Positions 1 to 8,480 of a stretch of DNA of 64,000 nucleotides are shown piece after piece. Numbering within the stretch: position 1 is the stretch's first letter; each line of letters starts with the position of its first letter. Source of the stretch: Minisyncoccota bacterium (GTDB lineage: Bacteria; Patescibacteriota; Minisyncoccia; Phycocordibacterales; UBA1006); contig DASWYC010000002.1 of NCBI GenBank assembly GCA_036405175.1, positions 467,714 to 531,713 on the forward strand. The letters run 5' to 3'. Position numbers and translations under genes: made by a program. The notes beneath the pieces were generated by a model. That model had not been told where the DNA came from. It searched no databases and was given only the letters and a program-made list of their open reading frames with translations.

Positions 1-451
1 AGATTTGCGGAAGCATAAGCTTTCATTGCAGGTAAACAAACATACTGATATTTGGGTAACACTTTGCAAAAGTTTTCATGAAGATTGGGATGATGATCCT
101 CGCAAACTTATTAAAGATCGTCATTCATGCGTAACAAGAATTATTAATTACTTACGAGAAAACAAAAAGAAATTTCCCTATTTAAATGGATCAAAAATGG
201 CTAACTATTGGCTCTATATCTTAGATAGCTATACAGATATTCAGTTGCAGAATAAACATAAGCTTTCCATCATTCCGGATACACATGTTGCACAGTGCTC
301 ATGCCATTTAGGGATTACAGAAGAAGGTGCAACACCTGAACAGATCGCAGATGCATGGTTTGTTTTACTAGAAGGATCAAAGCTGACACCTGTTGAAATG
401 CATCCTGTTTTATGGAATTGGAGCCGCAATAATTTCTTACCAGAAGTTTAA
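1..451 (+). CDS. HhH-GPD/DNA-glycosylase-fold hypothetical protein (5' truncated by window edge)
   Basis: Frame is open to the window start. FPYLNGSKMANYWL resembles an HhH hairpin, IIPDTHV resembles the GPD-Asp motif, and the C-terminus ends PVLWNWSR. Confidence 0.5.
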   Translation, partial: DLRKHKLSLQVNKHTDIWVTLCKSFHEDWDDDPRKLIKDRHSCVTRIINYLRENKKKFPYLNGSKMANYWLYILDSYTDIQLQNKHKLSIIPDTHVAQCSCHLGITEEGATPEQIADAWFVLLEGSKLTPVEMHPVLWNWSRNNFLPEV

Positions 452-492
452 ACAACATTTGAAGTTTAAAAAAGAATGAATATAATTCGAAC

Positions 493-1404
493 ATGGAAAT
501 CCCTCATCATCTTAAAGAGCTGTATCGTCACTGGGAGTCTCATGTTGTGTTGCATGATAGCCCTGCGGTAGAAGAGGTTTTTACCGACGCAAAACTCTTT
601 AAAGAAGTTGAATGGTTTATTCACGAGCGTATACATATTTGGGAACAGAAGGTAACCGGCGCACAGCCTCCTTACACCCAAGATCCAATTTTTTCTAAAT
701 ATCGTTTTTGTAATATCTTGCGAGAATTTGATCGTCAAACTATTGAATTTCATACTCTGCTTAATCCTCTCAGAGACAACTTTCCTCTTTGGCTTTTGAA
801 TATGTTTTATTGTCGAATGGTGGCTCGTATAGAAACCATTCAATATGCTGGATTACTCTCATTTAATAATTCTAAGAACAAGAAAGTATACGAACGACTC
901 ATGAACTCTCCTCGTCCACGATTTGGAACTCCGTATGTTTTCCCGGTGAGCGTGATTCAAAAAAGCTCAACTCCCACGCGAGAACTTTTTATTACTGAGT
1001 ATTTACCAGCTATTATGCAGACAGTTGCAGATGAAATAACCGCTTGGGAAAATAAGTCCGTTATTGATGGACTTACACAGATTATTCCTCTATTTAAATT
1101 TAACCTTCACTTTCTGTGGACTGAAGTTCTTATTGATGTTGCGTATCAATTTCCGCAGTATATAGATTTATTTGAAGAGTTTCCCGTTGGCCCCGGCTCA
1201 CTCCCAACTATGCAGCGAATTAATTCGTCAATAAAACCTTCCCTGTTGGTTCAGCAACTTGGTAATCACTCATTTGATGCAGGACTTACTTATAACAATA
1301 AACTTACAAGACTTTCTGCAGAAAACTGGGAAGGTATTGGATGCGAGTTCAGAAAGTACACCAATTTATCTCAAGGGCTTGGCAGAAAACGTTTATTTCG
1401 ATAA
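493..1404 (+). CDS. aGPT-Pplase1 / 5-hmdU DNA kinase helical-domain-like protein
   Basis: Signature FIHER..IW..K..G..PPYTQDPIFSKYRFCNILREFDRQT, plus VGPGS and C-terminal GCEFRKY. TATAAT at 481-486 lies 6 nt before the ATG. Confidence 0.7.
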   Translation: MEIPHHLKELYRHWESHVVLHDSPAVEEVFTDAKLFKEVEWFIHERIHIWEQKVTGAQPPYTQDPIFSKYRFCNILREFDRQTIEFHTLLNPLRDNFPLWLLNMFYCRMVARIETIQYAGLLSFNNSKNKKVYERLMNSPRPRFGTPYVFPVSVIQKSSTPTRELFITEYLPAIMQTVADEITAWENKSVIDGLTQIIPLFKFNLHFLWTEVLIDVAYQFPQYIDLFEEFPVGPGSLPTMQRINSSIKPSLLVQQLGNHSFDAGLTYNNKLTRLSAENWEGIGCEFRKYTNLSQGLGRKRLFR

Positions 1405-1413
1405 GCTACGATT

Positions 1414-1659
1414 ATGAAAACCTCTATCTATACTGCCCCAAGTGAAATTGATGCCCATCTCACAAAAGGCTATTTAGAACAATACGGCATTAAGGTCGTT
1501 ATTAACTCTGATTTTAATGCAGTAAGTCTTTTTGGGCACCCTACTCCTGCTCATTTTAATACGTATGCATATCATTTATATGTTTCCGATGCTGATTTTG
1601 AAAAGGCTCAGCAAATTTTAGCTGAGCGAGACGCATATCATTCATCATCCCAAGAATAA
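1414..1659 (+). CDS. DUF2007-type small protein
   Basis: EIDAHLTKGYLEQYGI...LYVSDADFEKAQQIL pattern. Confidence 0.7.
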   Translation: MKTSIYTAPSEIDAHLTKGYLEQYGIKVVINSDFNAVSLFGHPTPAHFNTYAYHLYVSDADFEKAQQILAERDAYHSSSQE

Positions 1660-1757
1660 TGTAAAGGATCTTCATACTGCATTCATGCAAGAGGTGTATA
1701 CTGCATTTTGAGAATAGCGCACATTATATATAACAAGCTCTTCTCAATACATTGTGT

Positions 1758-1937
1758 ATGCCAACATCAACATTTAATAGAAAGGTTGAAAAGGTTATGC
1801 ATGAGTTTAAGGTAGGAAAACTCAGGAGTAGCAGTGGAGATACGGTGAAAAATCGTAAACAAGCCATTGCTATTGGACTTTCCGAAGCACGTGAGGCAAC
1901 TTCAAAAGTTAGAAAAAGGCCAGAAGGCCACAAATAA
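1758..1937 (+). CDS. DUF6496-type small basic protein
   Basis: KVEKVMHEFK.GKLRSSSG..VKNRKQAIAIGLSEAR; ATG at 1758. Confidence 0.75.
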   Translation: MPTSTFNRKVEKVMHEFKVGKLRSSSGDTVKNRKQAIAIGLSEAREATSKVRKRPEGHK

Positions 1938-1949
1938 ATGAAAAGAGTT

Positions 1950-1975
1950 GAGCGCCGTCCGTCAGGACGGCGCTC
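1950..1975 (+). terminator. GC-rich hairpin / probable terminator
   Basis: GAGCGCCGTCC-GTCA-GGACGGCGCTC perfect 11-bp stem followed by TTGTT. Confidence 0.6.
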
Positions 1976-2075
1976 TTGTTATATCTAAAAAACTACAAAT
2001 AAATCATGATACACTCAAAGAGTCCCAAGGTGAAATTTTAACAGTATTCTTAATCTAAGAATTCACATTATTTTT

Positions 2076-2921
2076 ATGAAACCCAACAATAAATCTTCAA
2101 TGCGCAAAACAGGTCTTGTCCTTTTAGGCCTCATTGCGCTTGCCGCTGCAGGATACTATCTTGTATGCGCCTTTAAGGGTGATACTTTTATACATCGCTC
2201 ACAAGCAACTATTACCGGAACAGTATCCTATCGTGAACGTATTGCACTTCCAGCAGGCAGTGTTATTGAAGTGAGCTTACTTGATACGTCTCGCGCAGAT
2301 GCACCCGCAACAACACTTGCACAAACCACCATTACTACGACGGGAGAAAATGTTCCAATCCCCTTCACGCTTGAATATAAACCTTCAAAGATTGAAGAAA
2401 ACATGACCTACACCGTATCTGCAAGAATTACTGTTGATGGAAAACTCCGCTGGATAAGCGATCAAGCATATCCAGTAATTACTAATAGCAATCCAACATC
2501 AGACATTGCAATTACGGTAAAAGCAGCCACTGCAGCCAATACCCCAAAGGCTCCCGCTACTCCAGGACAACCAACCACACCATCTACAAAAACTACTCTC
2601 GATGGAACATTCCGCCTCACTTCGTTTAACACCACCAAGATGGAATCAAGCGAAAACTACACCATAACTTTTGGGAACAAAAACAAGTTTACTGCAAAGT
2701 TTTGTAACTCTATGAGTGGAACCTACAAAACAAAAGGAGCCACCATTTCAAGCGAAATGCTTACGACGCTTATGTTTTGCAGCGAACCAAGCCACTTAGC
2801 AACTACAGAATCAGCGTTTAATAAAGCAATGGGTCAAGGAGTAACATATACGTTTAAGGACAAACAGCTCATTCTTAAAGCATCAAATACCGACACCTTT
2901 GTTTTTGAAAAAGTTAACTAA
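2076..2921 (+). CDS. YbaY-domain + META(HslJ)-domain membrane-anchored protein
   Basis: N-terminal TM; ITGTVSYRERIALP...LLDTSRADAPA (YbaY); P/T linker; FCNSMSGTY...TTLMFC (META). Confidence 0.8.
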   Translation: MKPNNKSSMRKTGLVLLGLIALAAAGYYLVCAFKGDTFIHRSQATITGTVSYRERIALPAGSVIEVSLLDTSRADAPATTLAQTTITTTGENVPIPFTLEYKPSKIEENMTYTVSARITVDGKLRWISDQAYPVITNSNPTSDIAITVKAATAANTPKAPATPGQPTTPSTKTTLDGTFRLTSFNTTKMESSENYTITFGNKNKFTAKFCNSMSGTYKTKGATISSEMLTTLMFCSEPSHLATTESAFNKAMGQGVTYTFKDKQLILKASNTDTFVFEKVN

Positions 2922-2924
2922 TTT

Positions 2925-2950
2925 AAAAACCATCCGCAAGGGTGGTTTTT
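2925..2950 (+). terminator. intrinsic terminator
   Basis: AAAAACCATCC-GCAA-GGGTGGTTTTT. Confidence 0.7.
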
Positions 2951-2963
2951 GTATACTATACTC

Positions 2964-3386
2964 ATGCATCACGTAGCGATTATGACAAAGTCTTGGGGAC
3001 TCATTCCCAAGATTTTAAATGGTCAAAAAACTATTGAATCACGATGGTACCAAACCAAGCGCACTCCTTGGAATAACGTTCAAGTTGGTGATACGGTATA
3101 TTTTAAAAACTCTGGTGAACGTGTTGCCGCACAGGCTACGGTTGCCAAGGTGCTCCAATTTGAAATTGCAGATCTTGCAACAGCACGTGCAATTATAAAG
3201 ACATACGGCAAAGATATATGTCTAGTTAACACTGATCCAGCTGCGTGGTCTCGGCTTCCTAAGTACTGTATTCTGATATTTCTGAGCAATCCAAAATCTA
3301 TTAAAACATTTTCTATTGATAAAACCGGCTTTGGTGCCGGTGCTGCGTGGATTACCGTTAAGAACATTTCATCAATCAAATTGTAA
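2964..3386 (+). CDS. ASCH/PUA-like domain protein
   Basis: ILNGQKTIESR (GxKxxExR) and VQVGDTVYF. TATACT 2952-2957 lies 6 nt before ATG 2964. Confidence 0.75.
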   Translation: MHHVAIMTKSWGLIPKILNGQKTIESRWYQTKRTPWNNVQVGDTVYFKNSGERVAAQATVAKVLQFEIADLATARAIIKTYGKDICLVNTDPAAWSRLPKYCILIFLSNPKSIKTFSIDKTGFGAGAAWITVKNISSIKL

Positions 3387-3390
3387 CTAA

Positions 3391-3418
3391 TTGACTCTTT
3401 TCTTATTGACTATATACT
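3391..3418 (+). promoter_or_regulatory. sigma70 promoter pointing toward the 3' end of the PemK-like gene
   Basis: TTGACT (3391-3396), 16-nt spacer, TATACT (3413-3418); no + strand ORF follows. Confidence 0.6.
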
Positions 3419-3424
3419 GAGAGT

Positions 3425-3480
3425 ACAAAGTGCCGAAAGGCTCCGAGAAATCCTACCAAGCAATTGGTGGGATTTCGATT
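3425..3480 (+). ncRNA. candidate small RNA convergent with PemK/MazF toxin
   Basis: Hairpin GCC-GAAA-GGC (3432-3441) and 13-bp stem GAAATCCTACCAA-GCAA-TTGGTGGGATTTC (3447-3476), both with GNRA loops on the + strand. Confidence 0.45.
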
Positions 3481-3871
3481 ATTGTATTAAATACCTAATG
3501 CGCGATTTTATTACACCAAAGTCTCTATTGTTAAATAAATATAGCTTTCTCTGTAATCGCTTAATACTCATTAACTTCATTTGAGCCAGAATCGCAGCAA
3601 CTTTTTGGCTATCAGGGTCAATGTAGTTGAAATAAAAGTCATATTCTTTCTGTTTGGTAGTCAGTGGAATGCACCAAAACATATGATTGTTGAACTTCTT
3701 CAAGACTAGAACAGGACGCGAAAAGTCCTCTCTACTACCATGCTGTTCAAAGCCAATATTTTTACCTAGTATACTAATCCAAACCTCTCCCTCTTGAGGA
3801 AATCTTTCTACTTTCTGATCAACGCTTTCAAGATCTTTTTTAACTTTATTCCAGAGATCATACTCATTCAT
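3479..3871 (-). CDS. PemK/MazF-family endoribonuclease toxin (no protein antitoxin adjacent)
   Basis: GEVW...LGKNIGFEQ.G....SRPVLVLKKFN...WCIPLTTK. Confidence 0.8.
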   Translation of the reverse strand: MNEYDLWNKVKKDLESVDQKVERFPQEGEVWISILGKNIGFEQHGSREDFSRPVLVLKKFNNHMFWCIPLTTKQKEYDFYFNYIDPDSQKVAAILAQMKLMSIKRLQRKLYLFNNRDFGVIKSRIRYLIQ

Positions 3872-3968
3872 ACAAAAATACTAACACTGGAAACCACTTT
3901 TTAAAGGGTTGTCAAAGAAACTTGTTATTCGTGCAAAGCCTTTAAAAACCACGTACAATAGATCCATC

Positions 3969-6137
3969 ATGAGTACCATTACGCCCGATCATCCGATTTC
4001 TGCTATCAACCGCCTCAGCAAACAACATGTGGAAGGGCTTAAAAAGCTCAGAATCAATAGCATAAAAGATCTACTGTATCACTTTCCTGCTCGCTATGTT
4101 TCTATTTCTGAGCTCAGTAATAGCGATAACTTTATTGATGGACAGCAGGTTTCTCTTTTGGGTGAGATTATTAAAAACGAAGCCAAAAAAACATGGACTT
4201 CAAAAGTTCCTGCATCACAAGGAACACTCAAAACCATTGATGGTAAACGTGTGTCTATGACGTGGCTTCATCAGCCGTACATTGCAAAAATGTATCCCGC
4301 CGGAACACTGGTAAAAGTTTCTGGAACATTGAAAGCTTCAGATAAAGGCGCATCGCTCTTTAATCCAGCCATAGAAAAAACAGAAGCAATGGCAATTGAT
4401 ACGCATGATAGTTTATTTGGCGAAGAAGGTGAAAGTTTTGGCGGAACACTCTATCCGGAAACACGCGGAGTCTCTTCTCAATATCTTTCTACGCTCATTA
4501 AAAAAGTGATTAGCATGCGTATTCACGAGCAGATCCCTGACCCTATTCCCGCACATGTTCGCACTAAACTAAATTTACCGCCCCTTGCAGCAGCCTTAGT
4601 ATGGATTCACCTTCCTGAAAAAAAAGAACATGCGGAGCGTGCGCGTAAGCGGTTTGCGTTTGAACAGATTTTCCTCATTCAAATTCATAACTTTTATCAA
4701 AAGAAGCATTATGAATCCAATAAATCAATTGTGGTGAATTACAACAAAAAAGCCATCCAAGCATTTACAAAAAAGCTTCCGTTTACACTCACCAAAACAC
4801 AGCAATCAATTGTTGATGGTTTGCTCACTAATATTTCAAGTGACACACCAATGTCTCGCCTTCTTGAAGGAGACGTAGGTTCAGGGAAAACTATTATTGC
4901 AGCTATTCTCAGCTTAGCAGTATTTTCTGCACGCACCCCAAGTCGTCCGCTTCAGGTTGCCTACATGGCGCCAACGGAAGTGTTAGCAAACCAACTTTTT
5001 GATACGTTTACCAAATTACTTGCTGATATTCCTATGATTTCTATTGGCCTCATGACCAGTTCTGGTTGCAAAAAGTTTCCTTCAAAAACAAGCTATCTTA
5101 AAAATAACGTGACTCAAGTTTCTGCCACACAGATTAATAAGTGGTCACAAGATGGAACACTTGGTATTTTAATTGGGACCCACTCGTTGATTGGTAAAAA
5201 GTTTACTCCAAAAGATCTAGCGTTGGTAATTATTGACGAGCAACATCGTTTTGGTATTAATCAACGTATGAAGTTGGTGCATACTAAAAATGCTGTGCCG
5301 CACTTTTTATCAATGTCTGCAACACCAATTCCTCGTACATTAGCACTCACGTTGTATGGTGATTTGGATTTGTCGGTGCTTGATGAGGTTCCGCCAGGAC
5401 GTAAGCCGGTGGTGACCAAGCTCATCCGCAATCAAGAAGAGCGTGATGCATGCTATGAACATATTAAAGCAAAACTCAAGGAAGGTCGCCAAGCGTATGT
5501 GATTTGCCCGCGTATTAATGCTGCCGATGAAGGCGATGAACGTAAGCTCCAAACAAAGTCAGTTGAATCAGAAACAGCAATGCTTCAGAAAGTTGTTGGA
5601 CCCAAATATGTAGTAGTTGGGCTCCACGGTAAGCTTTCAAAAAAACAAACTGAAGAAACCATGGAAGCATTTAATGAAGGTAAAATCCACATATTGATTG
5701 CAACATCGGTGATTGAAGTTGGTGTGAATGTTCCAAATGCGACCACTATTTTAATTGAAGGTGCAGATCGATTTGGTTTAGCGCAGCTACATCAGTTACG
5801 CGGACGCGTGATGCGTGGAAGCCATGAGCCATACTGTTTCTTAGGATTCTCAAGCACGAGTCAAAAAACCCAAGATAGATTGGGGGTATTCTTGAAAGCA
5901 AAAAATGGATTTGAATTAGCAGAACACGATTTATCTTTGCGCGGGATTGGAGAGCTTGCAGGCGGTAAGCAATGGGGTGTGAGTGATTTAGCAATGGAAG
6001 CACTCAAAAATCCTCGTCTTGTTGAATATGCACGTGAAGAAGCACGAGGTATTATTGATGACGATATGGAACTCAAAAAACATCCCGTACTTAAAGATTT
6101 ATGTATTACTAATGATGCGTTGGTTCATCTTGAATAG
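3969..6137 (+). CDS. recG: ATP-dependent DNA helicase RecG
   Basis: RLLEGDVGSGKT, MAPTEVLA, DEQHRFG, SATPIPRTL, QLHQLRGRV. Confidence 0.95.
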   Translation: MSTITPDHPISAINRLSKQHVEGLKKLRINSIKDLLYHFPARYVSISELSNSDNFIDGQQVSLLGEIIKNEAKKTWTSKVPASQGTLKTIDGKRVSMTWLHQPYIAKMYPAGTLVKVSGTLKASDKGASLFNPAIEKTEAMAIDTHDSLFGEEGESFGGTLYPETRGVSSQYLSTLIKKVISMRIHEQIPDPIPAHVRTKLNLPPLAAALVWIHLPEKKEHAERARKRFAFEQIFLIQIHNFYQKKHYESNKSIVVNYNKKAIQAFTKKLPFTLTKTQQSIVDGLLTNISSDTPMSRLLEGDVGSGKTIIAAILSLAVFSARTPSRPLQVAYMAPTEVLANQLFDTFTKLLADIPMISIGLMTSSGCKKFPSKTSYLKNNVTQVSATQINKWSQDGTLGILIGTHSLIGKKFTPKDLALVIIDEQHRFGINQRMKLVHTKNAVPHFLSMSATPIPRTLALTLYGDLDLSVLDEVPPGRKPVVTKLIRNQEERDACYEHIKAKLKEGRQAYVICPRINAADEGDERKLQTKSVESETAMLQKVVGPKYVVVGLHGKLSKKQTEETMEAFNEGKIHILIATSVIEVGVNVPNATTILIEGADRFGLAQLHQLRGRVMRGSHEPYCFLGFSSTSQKTQDRLGVFLKAKNGFELAEHDLSLRGIGELAGGKQWGVSDLAMEALKNPRLVEYAREEARGIIDDDMELKKHPVLKDLCITNDALVHLE

Positions 6138-6139
6138 TG

Positions 6140-6640
6140 CTAGTTTTCTATTTTATAAATATCTTCTGGATTAAAAACACATATCTCACTCCAGCCTTTG
6201 GGTCGCCCTTTAATAATTTGTTCTTTTCTAAATATTGTTCTTATTTCATCTTCTTTTTCATCATTCCAAATCATAGTCCCATCATATCCTTGAGATATCA
6301 GTTCTTCCTTCATACCGTGGAGTTTGTTTACATCTTCAACTGAAGGATTTTTAAGAATGAGAGGGTTTTTAAGATTGAGGTACGCGGAATATTTATTCTT
6401 TCCGTATGAGTAATCCTCATCAGAATCAGTAAAGTAAATACCTGATCCAAAGAATCCCGCATCACCTTCGTAATTTTTACCTACAAACCCCAGAGAGAAT
6501 GTCTCTATCTGATCATCTGAGTAGTGATAAACCTTCAGCAGTTCACCCTGTTCATTTCTCACCTTACTGTTCGCAAATTGCTCTTCAATCGAGGATTGAT
6601 GCTCTTGTGATTCTTGAAAGTTAATTCTATCTAAATTCAT
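6140..6640 (-). CDS. ADP-ribosyltransferase-like protein (ART-PolyVal-like)
   Basis: KVRNEQGELLKVYH, GSGIYFT, YLNLKNPL, GYDG and EICVFNPEDI motifs. Real start is probably ATG 6640, since the upstream part of the track ORF overlaps the tRNA. Confidence 0.65.
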   Translation of the reverse strand: MNLDRINFQESQEHQSSIEEQFANSKVRNEQGELLKVYHYSDDQIETFSLGFVGKNYEGDAGFFGSGIYFTDSDEDYSYGKNKYSAYLNLKNPLILKNPSVEDVNKLHGMKEELISQGYDGTMIWNDEKEDEIRTIFRKEQIIKGRPKGWSEICVFNPEDIYKIEN

Positions 6641-6645
6641 ACGTG

Positions 6646-6719
6646 TGCACGCACATGGACTCGAACCATGGGCCACCGAGGTATAAGCTCGGAGCTCTAA
6701 CCAACTGAGCTATGCGTGC
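6646..6719 (-). tRNA. tRNA-Ile(UAU)
   Basis: Acceptor GCACGCA/TGCGTGC, discriminator A, D arm GCTC..GAGC, anticodon arm CCGAG-CT TAT AC-CTCGG, T arm CATGG-TTCGAGT-CCATG. CCA is not encoded. Confidence 0.9.
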
Positions 6720-6767
6720 AAGGTAGCCTCATTTTACTACCTTTCCCTTCTTTTGAACACTGGCCAA

Positions 6768-8426
6768 TTAATAGGTTCTCTTCCCTTCAAGAAGATCTTC
6801 TTGAGAATATCCAAGCGCCTTAAGTGCATCGCTCGTAGTCACAAAGAACATATTATTATTCTTCATATACTCATAAATTTCAGATTTAGCGAGCACCGCC
6901 ATTACGCTGCTATGCGCGCTTGAACATACAACATGAACACCTTGTGATTCCAACTGCTTAACAATATCGCCAAATGCTCGCAGGCCATCAAGATCAATCA
7001 ATGCCAATTCGCGCAAACGTAACACTACATTCTTTGCATGCGGTACGCGAGACATAATACGCTCAACATGTTCATCCGCATTAATATAAATGAGTGACCC
7101 CTTAAATGAATACACCGTTGTATCTGATTCTGTGATGTGTGAAATTTCTGCATCATCATACGCTCTACATGTAAGGGTATGCTGCTCGTTGTTAGTAGTC
7201 ACCTCAAATTGAGCTTTGGCCATGTTACGTACCAAAATCAAAAGTGCAATCACAACACCAATCATCAGTCCGACAATAGTATCGATAGCAAACATGAGCA
7301 CGGCAACCCCCATTGCAATAATGAAGTCTCGTTTGCTCTTCTCATACAGATATTTAATCTCATGTACTTCAACCATTTTAATCGCCGCATACATAAGAAT
7401 TCCCGCAACGACACAGAGTGGAATATAGATAAATACTTTAAACAATAAGAGCCCAATTGCTGCAACAAAGATTGCATTCAATACTTGTGAGGTTTTATGA
7501 GTTGCCCCTGACTTAATATTGAGACCGGTTCGTACGAACACTCCGGTTGCCGGCAAACCTCCAAAAATTCCTGATGCAACGTTTGCGATTGAAAGCCCCA
7601 ACAATTCTTTGCGAGAATTAAACTTGGTATTAGTTGCGAGATCTCCAATCTTTGCAGAAATGAGTGTTTCCAAAATAGCAATGAATGCAACTGAAATTGA
7701 GGTAACAATGATGTGTTTTGAAACAGCAAATTGTGGGAATACAGCAAGCTTAAGTGGCTCGTTACCAAACTTATCAAGGAGCGTCACAAAATCAAGCGGA
7801 ATCATCTGCATATGAGACAAATATCCAAGCAAAATTCCAATTGGTGCTACGATTACTACTCCAGGGACTTTCTTTACATATTTCACGAGCAAGAAAAGTG
7901 CTGCAGTGGTAATAATCGTGATCATGAGCGCGGGAAGATACGTCATATCTACGTGCTTGAAGACTTCGATTACATTTTGGATAAACTCTTCATGTTTAGG
8001 AATGCTACCGATCTGGAGGGCATTTTGGAGCTGTCCAGCACCAATAATGAGCCCTACTCCTAGTGAAAATCCATACATGATGGTTTTTGGAATCAACACC
8101 AAGTATTGCTCCAGTTTAAAGAAGTATGCAACGAGCACAAAAAGTCCCGTAAAGAGTGCCACCATTGGCAAGAGCGCTGGCCCAGCACCAAGTGCAAATG
8201 CTGCTAAGACTCCCGAAAGTGCTCCGGCTGGCCCAACGATGTTATAGTTGCTGCCGCCAAAAAAACCGGCCATAAGACCGGCCCATACGGCGGTGATGAT
8301 TCCCATCATCGGTGTTGCGCCCGATGCAACTCCCAAAGAAATTGAAAGTGGTAATGAAATAAGTGCGACTGAAAGTCCAGCGCGCCAATTTTCTTGGAGT
8401 CGTTTAAAAAGCTGTGTCGTGGTCAT
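6768..8426 (-). CDS. SulP-family anion permease with STAS domain
   Basis: AGLSVALISLPLSI, GPAGA, GGLPATG..RT..N..SGA and a C-terminal STAS domain. Confidence 0.9.
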   Translation of the reverse strand: MTTTQLFKRLQENWRAGLSVALISLPLSISLGVASGATPMMGIITAVWAGLMAGFFGGSNYNIVGPAGALSGVLAAFALGAGPALLPMVALFTGLFVLVAYFFKLEQYLVLIPKTIMYGFSLGVGLIIGAGQLQNALQIGSIPKHEEFIQNVIEVFKHVDMTYLPALMITIITTAALFLLVKYVKKVPGVVIVAPIGILLGYLSHMQMIPLDFVTLLDKFGNEPLKLAVFPQFAVSKHIIVTSISVAFIAILETLISAKIGDLATNTKFNSRKELLGLSIANVASGIFGGLPATGVFVRTGLNIKSGATHKTSQVLNAIFVAAIGLLLFKVFIYIPLCVVAGILMYAAIKMVEVHEIKYLYEKSKRDFIIAMGVAVLMFAIDTIVGLMIGVVIALLILVRNMAKAQFEVTTNNEQHTLTCRAYDDAEISHITESDTTVYSFKGSLIYINADEHVERIMSRVPHAKNVVLRLRELALIDLDGLRAFGDIVKQLESQGVHVVCSSAHSSVMAVLAKSEIYEYMKNNNMFFVTTSDALKALGYSQEDLLEGKRTY

Positions 8427-8480
8427 AATTATATGTACATGAATTGTATGTGTAGTGGGATTGTAGTACGTTATGTGATT

